Assembly: GCA_964611355.1 (NCBI GenBank)
Contig: CAZSYD010000001.1
Coordinates: 110,851 to 130,850 of the forward strand
From: an uncultured Ignavibacteriales bacterium
Lineage (GTDB): Bacteria; Zixibacteria; MSB-5A5; GN15; JAAZOE01
DNA: 20,000 nt
Direction: 5' to 3'
Numbering within the stretch: position 1 is the first letter of the stretch; each line of letters begins with the position of its first letter. Positions 17,396-20,000 of this stretch are shown piece after piece. Below the pieces are notes generated by a model, which was given only the letters and a program-made list of their open reading frames with translations, was not told the origin of the DNA and searched no databases. Made by a program: the position numbers and the translations under genes.

Positions 17396-17450
17396 GTGCC
17401 TTTTATAATTTTCAAGGTTAACATAACCGTTCCCGGTTACCAGATCAATC

Positions 17451-17478
17451 TTGACAGGAGCCGTTAAAATCGTAGATT
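17451..17478 (+). promoter_or_regulatory. Putative sigma70 promoter for the sucC/sucD-like operon
   Basis: Perfect TTGACA (17451-17456), 16-nt spacer, TAGATT (17473-17478), about 50 nt before ATG 17530. Confidence 0.5.
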
Positions 17479-17529
17479 GGAGCGATTTGTTGATGTGTTG
17501 CTTGAGTAAGGCAAATAAGGGTTATAATT

Positions 17530-18735
17530 ATGAGATTGTACGAATTTGAAGGTAAGGAACTTTTCAAACAATTCGGCATACCGATTCCTGATGGACAAAT
17601 AGCCGAAGATATCGATGCTGTCGGAAAAGTCGTTTCGGAATGGAATAAACCGGTGGTTCTCAAATCGCAGGTTCTGACCGGCGGCCGCGGCAAGGCGGGG
17701 GGCATTAAGATCGCCGAAACGGCCGATGACGCGCGCCGGATCGCAGAACAACTTTTCAACCTGAAGATCAAATCGTTTCCGGTCGAGAAGCTTTTGATCG
17801 AGCCAAAGCTTGATATCGCCCGCGAATACTATCTCGGAATCACCATCGACCGCGCCAAATACAGGCTGGTTGTCATAGGTTCGTCGGAAGGCGGCGTGGA
17901 TATCGAAGAAACTGCCGAAGAACATCCCGAAAAAATCATCAAGCTCGTTCTCGAAATAGACGAGCCGCTTTACGGTTTTGATGCGCTGTATCTGGCTCGG
18001 CTGATGGGCTTCAAAACCGAACAACTCAAACCCGCGCAAAAAATTATCATATCGCTTCTTGACCTGTTCAAATCCTACGATGCCAAACTGGTCGAGATAA
18101 ACCCGTTGGTTGAATTGAAAGATGGAAGTCTGGTGGCGGCCGATTCGCGTATTTCGCTTGACGACGACGGCCTGTTCAGACACCAGGACCTGAAAGATAT
18201 GGGGATTGAGAAACGGCACGAGGAAGGCGAAATGACGGCGCGTGAGAAACAGGCGACCGAATGGGGAATCCCGTATCTTGATCTCGACGGCGATATCGGC
18301 ATGTTTCCCGGCGGCGCCGGTTTCGGCATCATGGGCAACGATTTTGTCCAATACTTTGGCGGCAAACCGGCCAATTTCATGGACAGCGGCGGCGGGCCGT
18401 CACCGGAGAGGATCGCCAAAATGCTGGTGCTTCTCGATGAAAATCCGAACGTGAAGGTAATCTTCGGCGCACGCTTCGGAGGCATATCGCGGTGCGACGA
18501 TTTCGCCAAAGGGGTAATAAAATTCCTCAAGGAACACGGCCTGTCGAAACCGATGGTAATGCGCATGACCGGCAACATGTGGCAGGAAGGGGTGCGTATT
18601 TTCGACGAGGAGCGAAAAGCCAACCCGGAACTGTTTAAGAGCATCGAGGCGCACGGCATCGAGACGCCGATTGAAGATATCGCTAAACGAGCGGTCGAAC
18701 TGGCCCGTAAGGCCGAAGCCGGAAGGAACAACTGA
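17530..18735 (+). CDS. sucC: ADP/GDP-forming succinate-CoA ligase-family beta subunit (ATP-grasp), divergent in the acyl-substrate region, 401 aa
   Basis: MRLYEFEGKELF, KSQVLTGGRGKAGG, EGGVDIEE, EINPL, PANFMDSGGG and FGGISRCD. Family assignment is secure; the substrate is not. Confidence 0.85.
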   Translation: MRLYEFEGKELFKQFGIPIPDGQIAEDIDAVGKVVSEWNKPVVLKSQVLTGGRGKAGGIKIAETADDARRIAEQLFNLKIKSFPVEKLLIEPKLDIAREYYLGITIDRAKYRLVVIGSSEGGVDIEETAEEHPEKIIKLVLEIDEPLYGFDALYLARLMGFKTEQLKPAQKIIISLLDLFKSYDAKLVEINPLVELKDGSLVAADSRISLDDDGLFRHQDLKDMGIEKRHEEGEMTAREKQATEWGIPYLDLDGDIGMFPGGAGFGIMGNDFVQYFGGKPANFMDSGGGPSPERIAKMLVLLDENPNVKVIFGARFGGISRCDDFAKGVIKFLKEHGLSKPMVMRMTGNMWQEGVRIFDEERKANPELFKSIEAHGIETPIEDIAKRAVELARKAEAGRNN

Positions 18736-19601
18736 TGGCTATCCTGGTGAATAAAAAATCCAAAGTGATCGTACAGGGGATTACCGGCACGGCCGGAAGG
18801 TATCACAGCGAACGGATGATTGCCTACGGAACCAATATCGTCGGCGGCGTCACGCCCGGTAAAGGCGGAATGAAAGTGGAAGACCGGCCGGTTTTCGATA
18901 CGGTCAAAGAATGCGTCGATTACACCGGCGCCGATACGTCGGTTATCTTTCTTCCGGCTCGGTTTGTAAAAGAAGCGGCCATCGAGGCTATCCGGGCCGA
19001 AATCAAATTCGTCGTCATCGTCCCAGAACATATCCCCATTCATGATATGCTGCATATCCGGAAAGAAGCCGAAAAGTACGCCACGACCGTGCTGGGCGGC
19101 AACACTCCGGGTATCATTACTCCCGGCGAGGCCAACCTCGGCATCATTCCCGATATCGCTTTCAAGCCGGGGAGAGTGGGAACGGTTTCGCGTTCCGGTT
19201 CGCTTACCTATTACGTCGCCGATACGCTCACCAGAACAGGTTACGGCGAGACGACCTGTGTCGGTCTGGGCGGCGACCCGGTTCTCGGTTCGACCTTTTC
19301 GGAAATTTTGTGGATATTTGAAAACGATCCCGCGACCAAAGCGGTTGTTATGACCGGCGAGATCGGCGGCGTTTACGAAGAGATGGCGGTCGATACCATC
19401 GGCGGCATGAAAACGCCGGTTCTGGCGATGATCGGCGGTATTTACGCCCCGCCCGGCAAGCGGATGGGTCACGCCGGAGCTATTGTCGAAGGCCGAATGG
19501 GGACAGCGAGGGAGAAACTGGAAATCCTCGCCTCCGCCGGCGCGCACCCGTGCAGGACTTTTCTCGACATCCCAGCCACGCTGGAAAAATTGGGGGTATA
19601 G
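18735..19601 (+). CDS. sucD: Succinate-CoA ligase-family alpha subunit (CoA-binding, phospho-His), 288 aa
   Basis: [37 protein letters not shown] and RMGHAGA (phosphorylated His). TGATG 1-nt overlap with the beta-subunit gene. Confidence 0.88.
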   Translation: MAILVNKKSKVIVQGITGTAGRYHSERMIAYGTNIVGGVTPGKGGMKVEDRPVFDTVKECVDYTGADTSVIFLPARFVKEAAIEAIRAEIKFVVIVPEHIPIHDMLHIRKEAEKYATTVLGGNTPGIITPGEANLGIIPDIAFKPGRVGTVSRSGSLTYYVADTLTRTGYGETTCVGLGGDPVLGSTFSEILWIFENDPATKAVVMTGEIGGVYEEMAVDTIGGMKTPVLAMIGGIYAPPGKRMGHAGAIVEGRMGTAREKLEILASAGAHPCRTFLDIPATLEKLGV

Positions 19602-19847
19602 GCAGCTTTCTGACGGATCAGAGGATATTTCGATAGATTGCTTCGTCGCTCCTCTACAACCTTGAATTCGCATATCATGATGCGTTTGCATTAGTTATGG
19701 TGAAATGGGTTTGTTCCGTCATATTTATGTTTTGCAACTACAGGTTTGATGGTGAATGCTTGAGTGATTTTTATTCTGCCCACATATATTTGGATAATCT
19801 GACATAGTCATCCATAAAAGGCGGGGGATTATTAAAAAATGGTGGTT

Positions 19848-19876
19848 TTGTATTGAAATTGGCGGAGATGTATCAT
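19848..19876 (+). promoter_or_regulatory. Putative sigma70 promoter reading toward the right edge
   Basis: TTGTAT (19848-19853), 17-nt spacer, TATCAT (19871-19876) in an AT-rich intergenic stretch. Confidence 0.4.
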
Positions 19877-20000
19877 AATATCCAAACTTGGATACTGAAC
19901 TAAAACTGGCTTATATCGAGGTTCCAGCGCAGACGGGCGGCGCGCTTCGCGGTGGGATCAATATTTATAGTATCCTTTGGCAAGCCGTGAGCGACCAGTC

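Noticed and set aside
18075..19691. Minus-strand 538-aa ORF, plus 17464-18351
   Set aside because: Antisense shadows of the conserved sucC/sucD-like genes with no independent motifs.
19888..20000. Open frame from TTG 19888 to the window end (MDTELKLAYIEVPAQTGG...)
   Set aside because: Only 37 codons visible, TTG start with no well-placed SD and no recognisable motif. It cannot be supported or excluded without downstream sequence.
1..20000. CRISPR arrays, tRNA/rRNA, transposases, integrases, defence systems
   Set aside because: No regularly spaced DNA repeats, RNA-gene signatures or mobile-element/defence motifs were seen. The only tandem repeats are at protein level.

Overview
Bacterial chromosomal window from a Gram-negative organism (LPS genes, TolC). 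The gene styles suggest an FCB-group lineage such as Zixibacteria, which is inference only. On the minus strand are the 5' part of a rhomboid protease gene and a PpiD/SurA-type periplasmic chaperone-PPIase. On the plus strand are four blocks: (1) M23 peptidase, MA-clan (gluzincin) peptidase and lipid A acyltransferase; (2) MacA-like adaptor, MacB-like permease with no ATPase, TolC, WaaF and a PfkB kinase; (3) tldD-tldE; (4) a sucC/sucD-like ADP-forming acyl-CoA ligase pair. Between blocks 3 and 4 is a stand-alone exported 588-aa protein built from four tandem copies of a domain I cannot name. No mobile element, CRISPR array, rRNA or tRNA was seen. The best leads are the four-repeat protein, which has its own terminators and an exact sigmaW/ECF-type promoter match (TGAAAC-N16-CGTA); the SucCD homologue with altered acyl-substrate motifs; the ATPase-less MacAB-TolC module among LPS genes; and a possible ~100-nt structured RNA near the right end.
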